Below are positions 1 to 10,439 of a stretch of 64,000 bases of DNA, in pieces. Made by a program: the position numbers and the translations under genes. Source of the DNA: Theionarchaea archaeon (GTDB taxonomy: Archaea > Methanobacteriota_B > Thermococci > Methanofastidiosales > SZ-28-30). The notes under the pieces were generated by a model. That model had not been told where the DNA came from. It did not search any database and was given only the letters and a program-made list of their open reading frames with translations. The stretch lies in contig JACVGT010000001.1 of the NCBI GenBank assembly GCA_018992685.1, positions 64,001 to 128,000 of the forward strand. The letters are read 5' to 3'. Positions within the stretch are counted from its first letter, which is position 1; each line of letters opens with the position of its first letter.

Positions 1-358
1 TCTCATTGGAAAGAGCCAGCTTGCTGGCCATCTGGTACCCCCCTTCCACATAGAGGATTTTGGTGATAGTTCCCTGCATGGGACTTCTGTTGACATGAAT
101 GTCTATGGGATTCATGAAAATTGCAATTAGATAGCAGTCCTCCGTTATCAGTCCCGTGAGCTCTTCCAGATAGATCTCGTGTCCATTTTTCACCACGACG
201 GGAACGTCCCCTGCCTTCACAGTCTCTATGGCAATGATCTTGCCGTCAGCTGGTGATACCACTCCTTCTAGAGGGATCTGTCTGTCAGGGTCCCTGAAGA
301 ACTGGAATATGAAAATCAGAAGAGCAAATACCGGAATGAGGACCCACTTCTTTTTCAT
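1..358 (-). CDS. psd: Phosphatidylserine/archaetidylserine decarboxylase proenzyme (5' part; runs off window start)
   Basis: Not in ORF track. Manual translation from ATG 358: MKKKWVLIPVFALLIFIFQFFRDPDRQIPLEGVVSPADGKI...IAIFMNPIDIHVNRSP, with the FFRDP, SPADG and IFMxxxxxHVNRxP motifs typical of PSD. Confidence 0.85.
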   Translation of the reverse strand, partial: MKKKWVLIPVFALLIFIFQFFRDPDRQIPLEGVVSPADGKIIAIETVKAGDVPVVVKNGHEIYLEELTGLITEDCYLIAIFMNPIDIHVNRSPMQGTITKILYVEGGYQMASKLALSNE

Positions 359-505
359 GGTTGACAGAAGAGGAAGAGGTATAAAAAGGTTGTGTAATGA
401 CGGAAGGTTTCAATGTTGACTGAAAATGTTGATAACCATTCTTGATTAGCTGTAATGTAAACTGCTGAGTGGAAGCTTTATTAGGATGTTTGCGGTAATG
501 GCTGT

Positions 506-1498
506 ATGACAGCGTTGGACTCATTGTTGAAAGGAAATCCTGAGGAGTGGCTTCTTGAGGAAGAAAATCCTTCTGTTCGATACTGGACACTAAGAGACAT
601 CTACGGGAAAGATGAGAACGATCCTGACGTTAGACTGGCAAGAGAACAGATCATGGAATCCTATCCTGTCACTGAGATACTGAAGAATCAGCAACCAGGA
701 GGGTTCTGGGTAGCAAAGGAAGATCCTTACCTCCCGAAATATAGGGCAACGCATCATCAGTTGTTGATCCTCTCCGAATTGGGGGCCTCCCCCAGTGAAG
801 AGATTCAAAACACAGTAGATTTATTGTTTGAGATTTATCAGTACGATAGTGGTCGCTTTGACTGGAAAGTGCTGAAAACGGCTAGAGGAAGGTCAAGCAG
901 CCTCATAGATGGTGAATGTCTGACGGGAAATATTGTAAGGGCACTGATTCATTTTGGGTACCTTCACCATGAGAGAACACAGAAGGCACTTCAGTTTCTG
1001 GTGAGAGTTCATGAGACGGGATGGCCGTGCAGGGCATACCCTATTGACAGGAAGAAGGTGTTCCCCGAGAACTGTTACATGGGAGGAGTGAAGCCACTGA
1101 TAGCCCTTTCAATGGTTCCAGAAGAAGAACGAACCGCCGAAATGAAAGAAATTATCGAGAAGGAAGTGGAAATCTACCTGGAGAATGAGATTTTCATGTA
1201 CTTGAAGGATGAACGAGGAAGGAGGAAACCAAAACCCGGATGGACGAGATTTGGGTTTCCCCTGTTCTATCAATCAGATGCACTTGAAGTCCTAGATGTC
1301 CTCACGAAGCTGGGAGTGCGGGATGAGCGAATGCAGAAAGCAGTCGATTTGGTGCTTTCCAAGCAGAGTGAGAACGGGAGATGGAACCTGGAAAATACAT
1401 TCAATGGCAAGATGTGGGTGGATATTGAAGAAAAAGGCCGTCAGTCGAAATGGATTACTCTAAAGGCCGTGCGAGTGCTGAATCGATTCTACAGGTAG
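506..1498 (+). CDS. Prenyltransferase/squalene-cyclase-like alpha-barrel hypothetical protein
   Basis: 330 aa; QW-type repeats (QQPGGFW, KQSENGRW) and C-terminal SKWITLKA. Confidence 0.7.
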   Translation: MTALDSLLKGNPEEWLLEEENPSVRYWTLRDIYGKDENDPDVRLAREQIMESYPVTEILKNQQPGGFWVAKEDPYLPKYRATHHQLLILSELGASPSEEIQNTVDLLFEIYQYDSGRFDWKVLKTARGRSSSLIDGECLTGNIVRALIHFGYLHHERTQKALQFLVRVHETGWPCRAYPIDRKKVFPENCYMGGVKPLIALSMVPEEERTAEMKEIIEKEVEIYLENEIFMYLKDERGRRKPKPGWTRFGFPLFYQSDALEVLDVLTKLGVRDERMQKAVDLVLSKQSENGRWNLENTFNGKMWVDIEEKGRQSKWITLKAVRVLNRFYR

Positions 1499-1543
1499 CT
1501 ATCAGCACCATATGCGCCCTCAGGCATGAGTACCAGCACACCG

Positions 1544-2341
1544 CTATGGAGGATAGGCGAGAAGATTCACAGCACCTCTTTCGTCGATTGTTATGTAGGT
1601 GTCTTTTATGAGGTGGGGGACACTGGTGTCGTCCACCCATGACCCAGTATTAGCCATCTTCTGCTCCGGATCCACATATGAATGGTGTGTGTGCCCATAC
1701 ACGATGAAACAATCCCCAATCTGATCTTCAAATTCCTCTCTTTTCTTTACAGCTTCTTTCTGTATGTTGTTCATAGCTTTTTCTTGCAGTCTTTCTGCAG
1801 GCAGCCCCACAGCAGTCTTGAACTTCTGCTTCAGTCTGGATTCCGTTCCAGTTGTGTCGAAATGACCGAAACATGTCTTGTAGAGGTTCCAGAGGCCGTC
1901 AGCAGTGCGACCAGTAGCATCATCCCCCATACACAAAATGCCTGCAAACTGTTGGTAGCTATCCAGACTGTCGGGGAATTCAAATTGATGCCCGTGGACA
2001 AAATAGTATGATTGGTCCCCATATGGGATGAGAGTTTCCGTTCCTACCTCCACATTGTATTTTCGTTCTAGATTCTCACCTGCCTCAATCATGTGATAAT
2101 CGTGGTTTCCCACCACATAATGGACACTCTTCGATTCTCGCATTTCTCTCAGCAATTCCAGTATGTCACTGTATTCAATAAGCAGTTTCACTGGATCCCT
2201 TCTCCACATGTCAAAGATGTCGCCCATCAGCACGACATGATCTATCTGAGGGTTCAATAATATGTCCTGCAGAAATCTTCTAAAAATACGCTCTTCACAG
2301 CAGGAAAATCCCAGATGCACATCGGATAAAGCAACTATCAT
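1544..2341 (-). CDS. Calcineurin-like metallophosphoesterase (LpxH-like)
   Basis: Motifs SDVHLG, GDIFD, GNHD, HGH, GHTH, NTGSW. Confidence 0.88.
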   Translation of the reverse strand: MIVALSDVHLGFSCCEERIFRRFLQDILLNPQIDHVVLMGDIFDMWRRDPVKLLIEYSDILELLREMRESKSVHYVVGNHDYHMIEAGENLERKYNVEVGTETLIPYGDQSYYFVHGHQFEFPDSLDSYQQFAGILCMGDDATGRTADGLWNLYKTCFGHFDTTGTESRLKQKFKTAVGLPAERLQEKAMNNIQKEAVKKREEFEDQIGDCFIVYGHTHHSYVDPEQKMANTGSWVDDTSVPHLIKDTYITIDERGAVNLLAYPP

Positions 2342-2492
2342 GTAACCACCACTCTTTCTAGCTGTCTAGAATTATAAGTATTTGGTGTGTAGCAAAATGT
2401 GAAAAACGGAGAGAGAACCCAGAGCGAAATGCATAAATTTATGTCAGGTGTGAGAGTAGTAAGAGGCTCAGATTGAATACAGGGGGTTATGA

Positions 2493-3107
2493 ATGGAATA
2501 TGCAGTCGAAGGAATGATAGGATATGTGAGCTATTTCACGCTGGGTGTTCTTTTCTTCTTTGTGATATGGAGTTTTACAGAGAAGATCACGTGTCATATG
2601 GTTAGAGATGGCCATATAGGAGGGCTCCTGGGGCTTATTGCTGCAACGTATGGATTTTGGTACCCCTTTGTCCCCTTTCTGAGGATTCCCTATGTGGTGC
2701 TCCTAGGAGTAGGATCTCTGGCAGGCTCAACTCTCTCCAGATTTGGCATGGTCAATACATGGAGTACGCGTTACAGCAGATTCACCCTGGCAGGGATTGT
2801 TATCGGCCTAGCAGGATTTGACATTCTTCAACTTGTTCTATCTGTATTGCTGGTATCCTCCCCGTATCGGGAGATTGGAACGTTGATTTCATGGGTGCTC
2901 CTAGTCTATGGGATCAGTCCCTGCAAAATCATAGGAGCAGTCATAGAGAACAGTGGACTCCCCCGCTCAAAGTTCATTTGGGTTGCTTTCATTCTGGCAT
3001 GTGTGGTCTTCCTTCCTCTCGAATTCCCTCTCATTTATGGTTTGATGTCCCTGAGTGCGGTTCTCGGAACGCTCGCCGGCTTGGTATTTGCATGCAGAGC
3101 CGGATAG
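2493..3107 (+). CDS. Multi-pass membrane hypothetical protein
   Basis: 204 aa with about 6-7 hydrophobic segments; GGGGGT RBS-like sequence upstream. Confidence 0.65.
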   Translation: MEYAVEGMIGYVSYFTLGVLFFFVIWSFTEKITCHMVRDGHIGGLLGLIAATYGFWYPFVPFLRIPYVVLLGVGSLAGSTLSRFGMVNTWSTRYSRFTLAGIVIGLAGFDILQLVLSVLLVSSPYREIGTLISWVLLVYGISPCKIIGAVIENSGLPRSKFIWVAFILACVVFLPLEFPLIYGLMSLSAVLGTLAGLVFACRAG

Positions 3108-3240
3108 TGAGTCTTTCTAAAGACGTGTTATACGTTCACCGTATCCGAAGCCTCCATGACTCTCTGACAGCAGAGTATGTTCTCTCCTCCCGCTCTCCAG
3201 TCCATATCTTTAAAAGGATACATTCACCTGGAATACGGCC

Positions 3241-5973
3241 ATGATATCTGAAAGCATACAGAAGCTGATGGAACGGAAGGGGTTCACATCGTTTACGCTT
3301 CCCCAGGAAAAAGGAATTCCACCCATTAAAGAGGGTAGGAATGTCTTGGTTATTGCCAGAACGGGATCCGGAAAAACGGAGGCTGCTATTTTCCCGATAT
3401 TTGACAGATTACTTTCATTACGAAAAATCAGGGGAATCAAGGCCCTGTATATTGCCCCTCTGCGTGCTCTGAACCGTGATCTTCTGGAGAGAATGGAATG
3501 GTGGGCAGACCAACTTAAAATAAAGATAGAAGTTCGCCATGGGGATACGTCCCAGTATCAGAGGCGCAAACAGGCAGAATCCCCTCCTGACCTGTTGATT
3601 ACGACCCCAGAGACCTTGCAGGCTATCCTCCCTGGAAAAGTCATGAAGCAGCATCTGAGAGAGGTCCAGTATGTGGTCATTGACGAGATTCACGAGCTGG
3701 TAGAAGACAAGAGAGGAGCACAGCTCTCTCTGGGGCTGGAGCGGCTGACAGAGATGACACAGAAGCCCTTCCAGCGGATTGGACTATCGGCCACGGTGGG
3801 TTCACCTGAGGAGGTAGCCTCATACCTGGGAAAGAATGTGGAAATAGTAGATGCAACTGAAGACAAGGACCTGGTAGTGCAGGTGGAATATCCCTTGGAA
3901 GAGGACATGGACCTGGCTTCTCAACTTCACATCAACTTGGAAACCGCAGCCCGCATCATCAGGATACGGGAACTGCTGGGAGAACACACGAGCGTCCTGG
4001 TTTTTGTCAACACCAGGGAAATGGCAGAAGTTCTGTCTTCTCGCTTCAACATTGTAGACGAGAATGTTGACGTCCACCACTCATCGTTATCAAAGTACAT
4101 GAGGATTGAAACAGAAAAGAGGTTTAAGTCACAGGAATTGAAATCCATCATCTGTACCAGCAGTATGGAGCTGGGCATTGATGTGGGCAGTGTGGATCTG
4201 GTGATCCAGTACATGTCACCCCGTCAAGTGTCTCGACTGATCCAGAGGGCGGGGAGATCAGGGCATAGATTGGGTGAGGTATCGAAAGCGGTAATTCTCA
4301 GTGTCAACGAGGACGATATTCTGGAGGCTGCGGTCATTGCCAGAAAGTCTCTGGGTCATGAACTGGAAGAATTGAAGACCTATGAACTGGCGCTTGATGT
4401 TCTGGCTCATCAGGCAGTGGGGCTGGCTATTGACAAGTACAAGGTGGGAATCGACGAAGCCTTGGCCATCATCCGGAGAGCATTTCCTTTCAGGAATCTG
4501 AGCAGAGAGAAGTTTGTGGAGGTGCTGCAGTTCCTGAAAGAATTACACCTGGTTTGGATGGATGAAGAGGAATATGGGAGAAAGAGATCTTCATACCACT
4601 ACTACTTTGAGAATTTGTCCATGATTCCTGACACGAGACAGTACCGCACTATTGAGGTTGGTTCTCAGCATTTCATTGGAGTGCTAGACGAAGAGTTCAT
4701 TTCCACCAAGGCTGAAATAGGGAGTTCTTTCATTATTAAGGGCAGAGCGTGGAATATTGCAGATATACAGGAAGATGTGGTTCTGGTGACAGAAACAGAA
4801 TCTCTCGGTGCTATCCCTGCCTGGGATGGGGAGCTAATACCTGTTCCTTACGAAGTGGCTCGAGAAGTTGCTGACATGCGAACTCGAATTGAGGAATACC
4901 CTGTCGATAGAAACGCGCTGGAAGTGGCCCAGGCATATCTGGAAGAACAGAGTCAGTGGTTTCTTCCCACAGCAGATGAGATTATTGTGGAGGTATTCGC
5001 CAATTTCGTCATCCTGCATGCACCCTTCGGTTCCCTTATTAATGAGACTATCGGTAGGTTGGCCGCCTCTCTCGTTTCTGCAAAGATTGGAGCAAGTGTC
5101 TTGATGCGCTCTGATCCCTACAGGATAGCCTTCCAGTTTCCTGCAGCTCCTGATTACGAGAGTGTAATTCATATGCTGAGGAGCACAGATCCCACACATA
5201 TTCAGCCCATCCTGGAGATTACGCTGAAGAGGAGCAACTTGTTCGGGTGGAAGCTGGCTCAGGTGGCACGGCGATTTGGAGCTGTATCAAGAGATGCGGA
5301 GAGATATCGGTTGAAACGGCTGATCTATGCATATGAAAATACCCCTCTGTATGAGGAAACGATCCATGAGATTGTCAGGGAGAAACTTGACATTGAGAGG
5401 GCAGAGGAGGTGCTCCGGAAGATCCAGGGGGGTGAAATTTCTATTCGCATTCATCAGTCCAGTGATCCTTCCCCCATGGGAATGTCAGCTATCAGCAGCA
5501 TGGGGGCTTCTGATATTGTGTTCCCCAAGAGGGCAGAACGGGAGATTCTGAAAACACTGCAGGCTAGGCTGGAGAAGAGGCGAATCAAATTATTTTGCGT
5601 GCACTGCGGCGAGTGGAGTGCCACCTTTACCATAAAGCACCTGGATGACTACCCCAAGTGTCGATTGTGTGGGGCACGATTCCTTGCGATTCTGGATAGA
5701 CGGGACAAAGACACTATGGCTGCCATCAGGAAACGGTTGAAGAAGCAGAAGATAAGCGAGGATGAGGAGGAGCTAGTGATCAGAGCAAAGAGATCTGCTG
5801 ATTTGATGCTGGCCTACGGAAAGAAGGCAGCGTTGGCGTTGTCCGGAAGGGGGATTGGCCCTCAGACTGCGTCCAGGGTTCTGGCAAAGATGCATACAGA
5901 AGATGAGGAGTTGCTGCGAGACATACTGGAAGCTGAGAGGACATATGCCAGGACGAGACGGTTCTGGGACTGA
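3241..5973 (+). CDS. lhr: Lhr-like DEAD/DEAH-box SF2 helicase
   Basis: ARTGSGKT, PLRALNRD, TTPETL, IDEIHE, LSAT, HHSSLS, ELGIDVG, QRAGRSGH; C-terminal CxxC...CxxC zinc finger as in archaeal Lhr. Confidence 0.93.
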   Translation: MISESIQKLMERKGFTSFTLPQEKGIPPIKEGRNVLVIARTGSGKTEAAIFPIFDRLLSLRKIRGIKALYIAPLRALNRDLLERMEWWADQLKIKIEVRHGDTSQYQRRKQAESPPDLLITTPETLQAILPGKVMKQHLREVQYVVIDEIHELVEDKRGAQLSLGLERLTEMTQKPFQRIGLSATVGSPEEVASYLGKNVEIVDATEDKDLVVQVEYPLEEDMDLASQLHINLETAARIIRIRELLGEHTSVLVFVNTREMAEVLSSRFNIVDENVDVHHSSLSKYMRIETEKRFKSQELKSIICTSSMELGIDVGSVDLVIQYMSPRQVSRLIQRAGRSGHRLGEVSKAVILSVNEDDILEAAVIARKSLGHELEELKTYELALDVLAHQAVGLAIDKYKVGIDEALAIIRRAFPFRNLSREKFVEVLQFLKELHLVWMDEEEYGRKRSSYHYYFENLSMIPDTRQYRTIEVGSQHFIGVLDEEFISTKAEIGSSFIIKGRAWNIADIQEDVVLVTETESLGAIPAWDGELIPVPYEVAREVADMRTRIEEYPVDRNALEVAQAYLEEQSQWFLPTADEIIVEVFANFVILHAPFGSLINETIGRLAASLVSAKIGASVLMRSDPYRIAFQFPAAPDYESVIHMLRSTDPTHIQPILEITLKRSNLFGWKLAQVARRFGAVSRDAERYRLKRLIYAYENTPLYEETIHEIVREKLDIERAEEVLRKIQGGEISIRIHQSSDPSPMGMSAISSMGASDIVFPKRAEREILKTLQARLEKRRIKLFCVHCGEWSATFTIKHLDDYPKCRLCGARFLAILDRRDKDTMAAIRKRLKKQKISEDEEELVIRAKRSADLMLAYGKKAALALSGRGIGPQTASRVLAKMHTEDEELLRDILEAERTYARTRRFWD

Positions 5974-6322
5974 GAGTCAATAGAAAAGGGAGATTCACTT
6001 CTGGTGGATGATGGGAAGAATTGGCTGCACTTTTCAGGAGGTGATTGCTCAATTTTGAGAGACACATTTCTCGCTGGTTTCTGGTGGGCGTTGGAGATTC
6101 CTTTCTTGAACTTCGTTTTAAGAAAAGATACAGAAAATCATTGTTCATCTTTCGAATTTCTCGAATCCTAACCGAAAATCTTATATAGATCAAGTGAGAA
6201 GACATTGTTGTCGTGAGGCTACGGAGTACCACATTCATGGTGAATCGCCTACTCCTGTCGGCCCCCTCATCGATAAATACTCATGAGTTTCGGGAAGAAT
6301 CTGCAATTTGGGAGGGAAAAGC

Positions 6323-6997
6323 GTGGTTTCGAAAAGAGAATTGACAATCGGGTTAATTTTTCTATTGTTGGTATTTTTCTCGTTCTATTATGTTCAAGAG
6401 AATAAGAGACGAGAATCCTTAAGAACCTGGACTTACTCAGAAAGCCTTGAGGATCATCAATCTCCACAGGCCTTAGAAGAGACAATCGGGTGCGGAAAAG
6501 GAGAAGAAAACGAGAACGAAGACGAAGACAAGGATAAAGACAAGGATAAAGACAAGGATAAAGACAAGGATAAAGACAAAGGTAAAGGCCAGGGTAAAGG
6601 CGGTGGGAAAACTCCATCGCCCCCACCCACTCCTACTTCTTCCCCAGTTCCTACTCCTACTTCTTCCCCAGTCCCTACTCCTACTTCTTCCCCAGTCCCT
6701 ACTCCTACACCTACTCCTTCTCGAATTCCTTCAACGCCCATGCCACTAACTCCATCTCCAACTCCCACATCTCCACCCCCCGCCCTTGTCACTCCCTCCC
6801 CTGTTTCTACCTTCAGTTCACCTATGCCTGCGTCTCTCACTCTGTCTCCTACCATTGTTTCTGTCCTTCCTTTATCATCATCTCCAGCTACCCAACATCG
6901 ACCCACCTTGGAGGAAATCGGGGCCGTGTCCAGTATCATTGCATTGATGTTTTGCATGTACCAGTTTCTGTTCAATGGACATCAGAAGCAAACCTAA
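6323..6997 (+). CDS. Membrane-anchored low-complexity protein (DK repeat plus Pro/Ser/Thr linker)
   Basis: GTG start after GGGAGG; N-terminal and C-terminal TM helices flank DKDK and PTPTSSPV repeats. Confidence 0.6.
   Translation: MVSKRELTIGLIFLLLVFFSFYYVQENKRRESLRTWTYSESLEDHQSPQALEETIGCGKGEENENEDEDKDKDKDKDKDKDKDKDKGKGQGKGGGKTPSPPPTPTSSPVPTPTSSPVPTPTSSPVPTPTPTPSRIPSTPMPLTPSPTPTSPPPALVTPSPVSTFSSPMPASLTLSPTIVSVLPLSSSPATQHRPTLEEIGAVSSIIALMFCMYQFLFNGHQKQT
6527..6579 (+). repeat. 12-bp tandem repeat GACAAGGATAAA x4 plus partial
   Basis: Read directly; encodes DKDK. Confidence 0.9.
6629..6708 (+). repeat. 24-bp tandem repeat ACTCCTACTTCTTCCCCAGTYCCT x3 plus partial
   Basis: Read directly; encodes TPTSSPVP. 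Confidence 0.9.
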
Positions 6998-7044
6998 TGG
7001 GTCAACAAGAATGAGCTGAACAGAAAAGGGCTCAGACTGATACT

Positions 7045-8271
7045 TCAGAAATCCCAATCTGGATGAGGCTCAGGTATGCACAAAACCCGATCGAGGTCAT
7101 CCAGTAGCTCCTGGGGTCCGTGGACATCATCTGTAGCTGCAAGACCTGTTGCGGGACGGACTCTCAGCCAAAGGCGAGTAAAAGCACCTACTGAAGCTTT
7201 CAAGGTGGGAAGTGTTCCATCCTTTCCTACCTCTGCATGTGAGGAGGGCCCCAGCGTGACCACGTACGTGCCTGAGACACCCTTCCAGGGTACATCAGCA
7301 GGAAGAATAGCTTCTATTGGATCAGAAAGCACCAGATTGAAAGAAATCTCTCCTCCAGGTAGATGAGTCTTCTCCAAGCATTCTTCTAGGTTCAGTATTC
7401 TCATCTGCCAGTACGCGTATGTCTGCATGCGATTCTCGAATGCAGATTTCTGTGTCACCTGACGGATTCTAAAGGGCATCTCAAGGAGATCCTGTAGTTG
7501 GAGGCCGGGAGGTTCTCGCATGGCAACCAGGTGAATCTGGTCCTCCAAATTCTTGATCAAGGCCATGAGTTCACAGAACTGCTGAAACGTTCGGTATACC
7601 ATCCATTCCACATTGTATGGTCCGTGTTCTGCCTTTTCTGCATTGACCCAGATATGGTGAGTGAGCTCTCCATTTCCAAAATAACCCAGACCGAACCCAT
7701 TTTTCTGCCATGCCATCTGTGCTCTGGTATATTCTGGGGCATGGAGGTTACAGGCACCATGGCTCCGCATCCTGTTGAGGCGACATTGATGAACCGTCTC
7801 CCAGTCCTTCGCCGTCAACCGTGAGGGAACACCTGCTTCTGTCTTCACTCGTATATGTCTGGGATCAAATGCGGCCCATTTTTCATAGCTGCCAGTGCCA
7901 AATCCCAACAAATTGTAGAATCCCTGCTCAAACATTCCCAGGCCGCAAACCGCCGCCCCTTGATGTGCATCAGATGCTATGGCTGCAGCAGTCAATCCCT
8001 TTGCCAGTCCCTGCTTCCTGGCGACTCTGCTGGTTCCCACACTTGTGACCCATGAAAAAGGAAGATCCTCCTTCATGTATCTTATGTTCCCGGAGACTGT
8101 GGTAACAAGACATTCGGCTTCATCATTAGTTTCTGCTATCAATGCTCGACTTCCGTCAATGAAAACAATGAGGGGTTCTTCTTGACCATCCTCTAGCCAC
8201 CCCACTTCTTTCCAGATGCGAATAACACTGTCCTTGTCCTTCTGCCGATTATATTCCCGGAATATGGCCAT
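7045..8271 (-). CDS. Eis-like GNAT acetyltransferase with C-terminal SCP2-like domain
   Basis: Acetyl-CoA motif VARKQGLA, FYNLLGF; ~400-aa tandem-GNAT/SCP2 layout. Confidence 0.75.
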   Translation of the reverse strand: MAIFREYNRQKDKDSVIRIWKEVGWLEDGQEEPLIVFIDGSRALIAETNDEAECLVTTVSGNIRYMKEDLPFSWVTSVGTSRVARKQGLAKGLTAAAIASDAHQGAAVCGLGMFEQGFYNLLGFGTGSYEKWAAFDPRHIRVKTEAGVPSRLTAKDWETVHQCRLNRMRSHGACNLHAPEYTRAQMAWQKNGFGLGYFGNGELTHHIWVNAEKAEHGPYNVEWMVYRTFQQFCELMALIKNLEDQIHLVAMREPPGLQLQDLLEMPFRIRQVTQKSAFENRMQTYAYWQMRILNLEECLEKTHLPGGEISFNLVLSDPIEAILPADVPWKGVSGTYVVTLGPSSHAEVGKDGTLPTLKASVGAFTRLWLRVRPATGLAATDDVHGPQELLDDLDRVLCIPEPHPDWDF

Positions 8272-8380
8272 GTGATCACTGCATCCACTTCTGGAAACAT
8301 CAGCTAAAAACCTTTTGGTCCTCCTTTTTGCTGTTCAATGAACAAGAATGCACCATTCTGTGTGCATTAACCTGATACCT

Positions 8381-8405
8381 CAAAAAAAGGAGAAAAAAGA
8401 AAAAA
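8381..8405 (-). terminator. Oligo-T terminator after the S8 protease gene
   Basis: A-tracts on + strand (T-tracts on the coding strand) directly after the stop at 8415. Confidence 0.55.
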
Positions 8406-8414
8406 GGGAAGAAT

Positions 8415-9986
8415 TTATCGTCTCTTGATTACAACTCCCAATCCTACGAGTACTGATATCAGTGCTGTTCCGAGGCAGATACCACATTCGCATCCGCAAT
8501 CACCATCTGGCGGAGGAGATACACCTGGATTACTCAGTACCTGCTGTACTGCTCCATATGCATCCACGCGGCCCCACCCCCATAGACAGTCTTTGTTGAC
8601 GTTGCCCTTATCAATTGCACTGGCACCCATACAGTTCTTGATCTGTAGAGGCGTTGCAGTGCCATTGGCATCCAGCATGAGGGCGGCAACGCCCGCAATA
8701 TGGGGAGTGGCCATTGATGTGCCAGACATTGCGACGTCACTGCATGAGGTCCCTGCACGAGCAGCGTATATAGAAACCCCTGGAGCTGTGATATCTGGCT
8801 TTGTTCTATCATCTGTGGTGGGTCCTCTGGAAGAAAAGCTGGCCAGGGCATCAGATTTGTCTGAGGCGCCGACAGTGATGACCTTGGTGGCGTCTCCTGG
8901 CGTACTTATGGTGCAGCACGTTGGACCATCATTTCCTGCAGCACACACCACCACTACTCCCTGGTCTACTGCCCAGTTGGCTTCCAAAGCTAGAGCACTT
9001 GTTCCGTCGCCGCCAGCACCACCCAGCGACATGCTTTCCACATCTGCACCCTGAGCTACTCCAAAGTCGATTCCCTGGATAATCGCAGTATCAGGGCATG
9101 ATCCGCCTGAGTTACACACCTTGGCGCCCATCAATGATGCACCTCTGGCTACACCGTATGGCGAATAAGCACCTGCGGCAATAGAAGAACAATGTGTCCC
9201 GTGCCCGTGATCATCATAGGGTGTCGAGCCAGATCCAATGTAGTCTGCCCAGGCAATGATCTTTCCGGTGGGATAGCTGCCGGGGAAATCGCAATGGTTG
9301 TCGTCAATCCCCGTGTCAATGATGCAGATCTTGATCCCCGTCCCGTCATATCCTGCAGCCCAGCAATCGTCAGCGTTGATCAATGGAATGCTCTGGGATA
9401 GTGTTATGTGGGCCACACCTTCAGCTTCCACAAACATGATGGTACACTCTTCGGAGAGCGCTTTGATCTTGGAAACCCGAATATCCACTGAAGCTCCCAT
9501 ACCACTCAGGAAGGAGTAGTGCACAGAGCCGAATTTCTCCAGGACTGCACCCGCTGACGGATCTTTGAACCACACCAAAACACGCACGATACTACTTTCA
9601 CTCATCCCTTTGATCTTGTCTCTAATGGACCATTTCATCTTGGCAGCATCATTGGGCACCACTGCAACGAATTCCCCGGGCCCTACTTCAGTCAGATATG
9701 TCTTGGGGACTCTGAATGTAGAATCATCCATCTGCACCACAGGCAGATTTTCGATGTTTATCTCTCTGGATACTCTCGCTATGACTCCCGGGGTCACCCG
9801 CACGTACAAGAAGTCAGAGTCTTCCCCAGCAATCTCCACATTGAGAGTCAAAAGATCCCTTCCTTCATATCCAAAGGTTTGCACGTGAATAATGGCTTTC
9901 TGCGGCGTCGCACTCACAGAATAAAGCGAGAAACAGAGTACTGCTACTGTAATCAGCACCAATACCTTTCGACGGTTATTCATCAT
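8415..9986 (-). CDS. Secreted subtilisin-like S8 serine protease with C-terminal membrane anchor
   Basis: Signal peptide; catalytic motifs IDTG, HGTH, GTSMATPH; C-terminal Cys-rich motif, TM helix and KRR. Confidence 0.93.
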   Translation of the reverse strand: MMNNRRKVLVLITVAVLCFSLYSVSATPQKAIIHVQTFGYEGRDLLTLNVEIAGEDSDFLYVRVTPGVIARVSREINIENLPVVQMDDSTFRVPKTYLTEVGPGEFVAVVPNDAAKMKWSIRDKIKGMSESSIVRVLVWFKDPSAGAVLEKFGSVHYSFLSGMGASVDIRVSKIKALSEECTIMFVEAEGVAHITLSQSIPLINADDCWAAGYDGTGIKICIIDTGIDDNHCDFPGSYPTGKIIAWADYIGSGSTPYDDHGHGTHCSSIAAGAYSPYGVARGASLMGAKVCNSGGSCPDTAIIQGIDFGVAQGADVESMSLGGAGGDGTSALALEANWAVDQGVVVVCAAGNDGPTCCTISTPGDATKVITVGASDKSDALASFSSRGPTTDDRTKPDITAPGVSIYAARAGTSCSDVAMSGTSMATPHIAGVAALMLDANGTATPLQIKNCMGASAIDKGNVNKDCLWGWGRVDAYGAVQQVLSNPGVSPPPDGDCGCECGICLGTALISVLVGLGVVIKRR

Positions 9987-10439
9987 ATCACCTCCTCTCT
10001 CTTTTCTGTCTTGCTTTTAACAACCTGTTTACTTCTCTGATACTACTATTCATTCCATATATATAAACATTTCGTCATTAGACATCTTTTGTGTCTTTAT
10101 AAAAAGAAAAAATGAATATATGAGATTTAGAAGAGTTTTACATAATAATGATCTAATCGTATATCATTCCCGACCAAAAAAAGTGTATATAGTCTTATCC
10201 GGGATCAAATGTGTAGCTAGATGTACTGTCCTAGACGAATGGTTTGCCTTTATAAACCTTTCGCCCGTACAGGTACACAATCTGGATTGCCATTCGACGT
10301 AGGTGGATCTAACACAGAATGTCCCACCAATCACTGAACATTCATCTTTCAGGAATAGTCGCACCAGAAAGTGAGAAATTGCAGAAAGATCATATGTGGG
10401 TATTCTCAGCCAGGCAGTACACGTCATGGGGATAGGCAG

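Noticed and set aside
506-1498. Nitrogenase NifH label sometimes attached to this family
   Set aside because: No P-loop or NifH motifs; QW-like repeats indicate an alpha-barrel fold.
6527-6708. CRISPR array
   Set aside because: Tandem repeats without spacers, in frame within a CDS; no cas genes in the window.
6457-6975. 172-aa antisense ORF
   Set aside because: Shadow of the low-complexity plus-strand gene.
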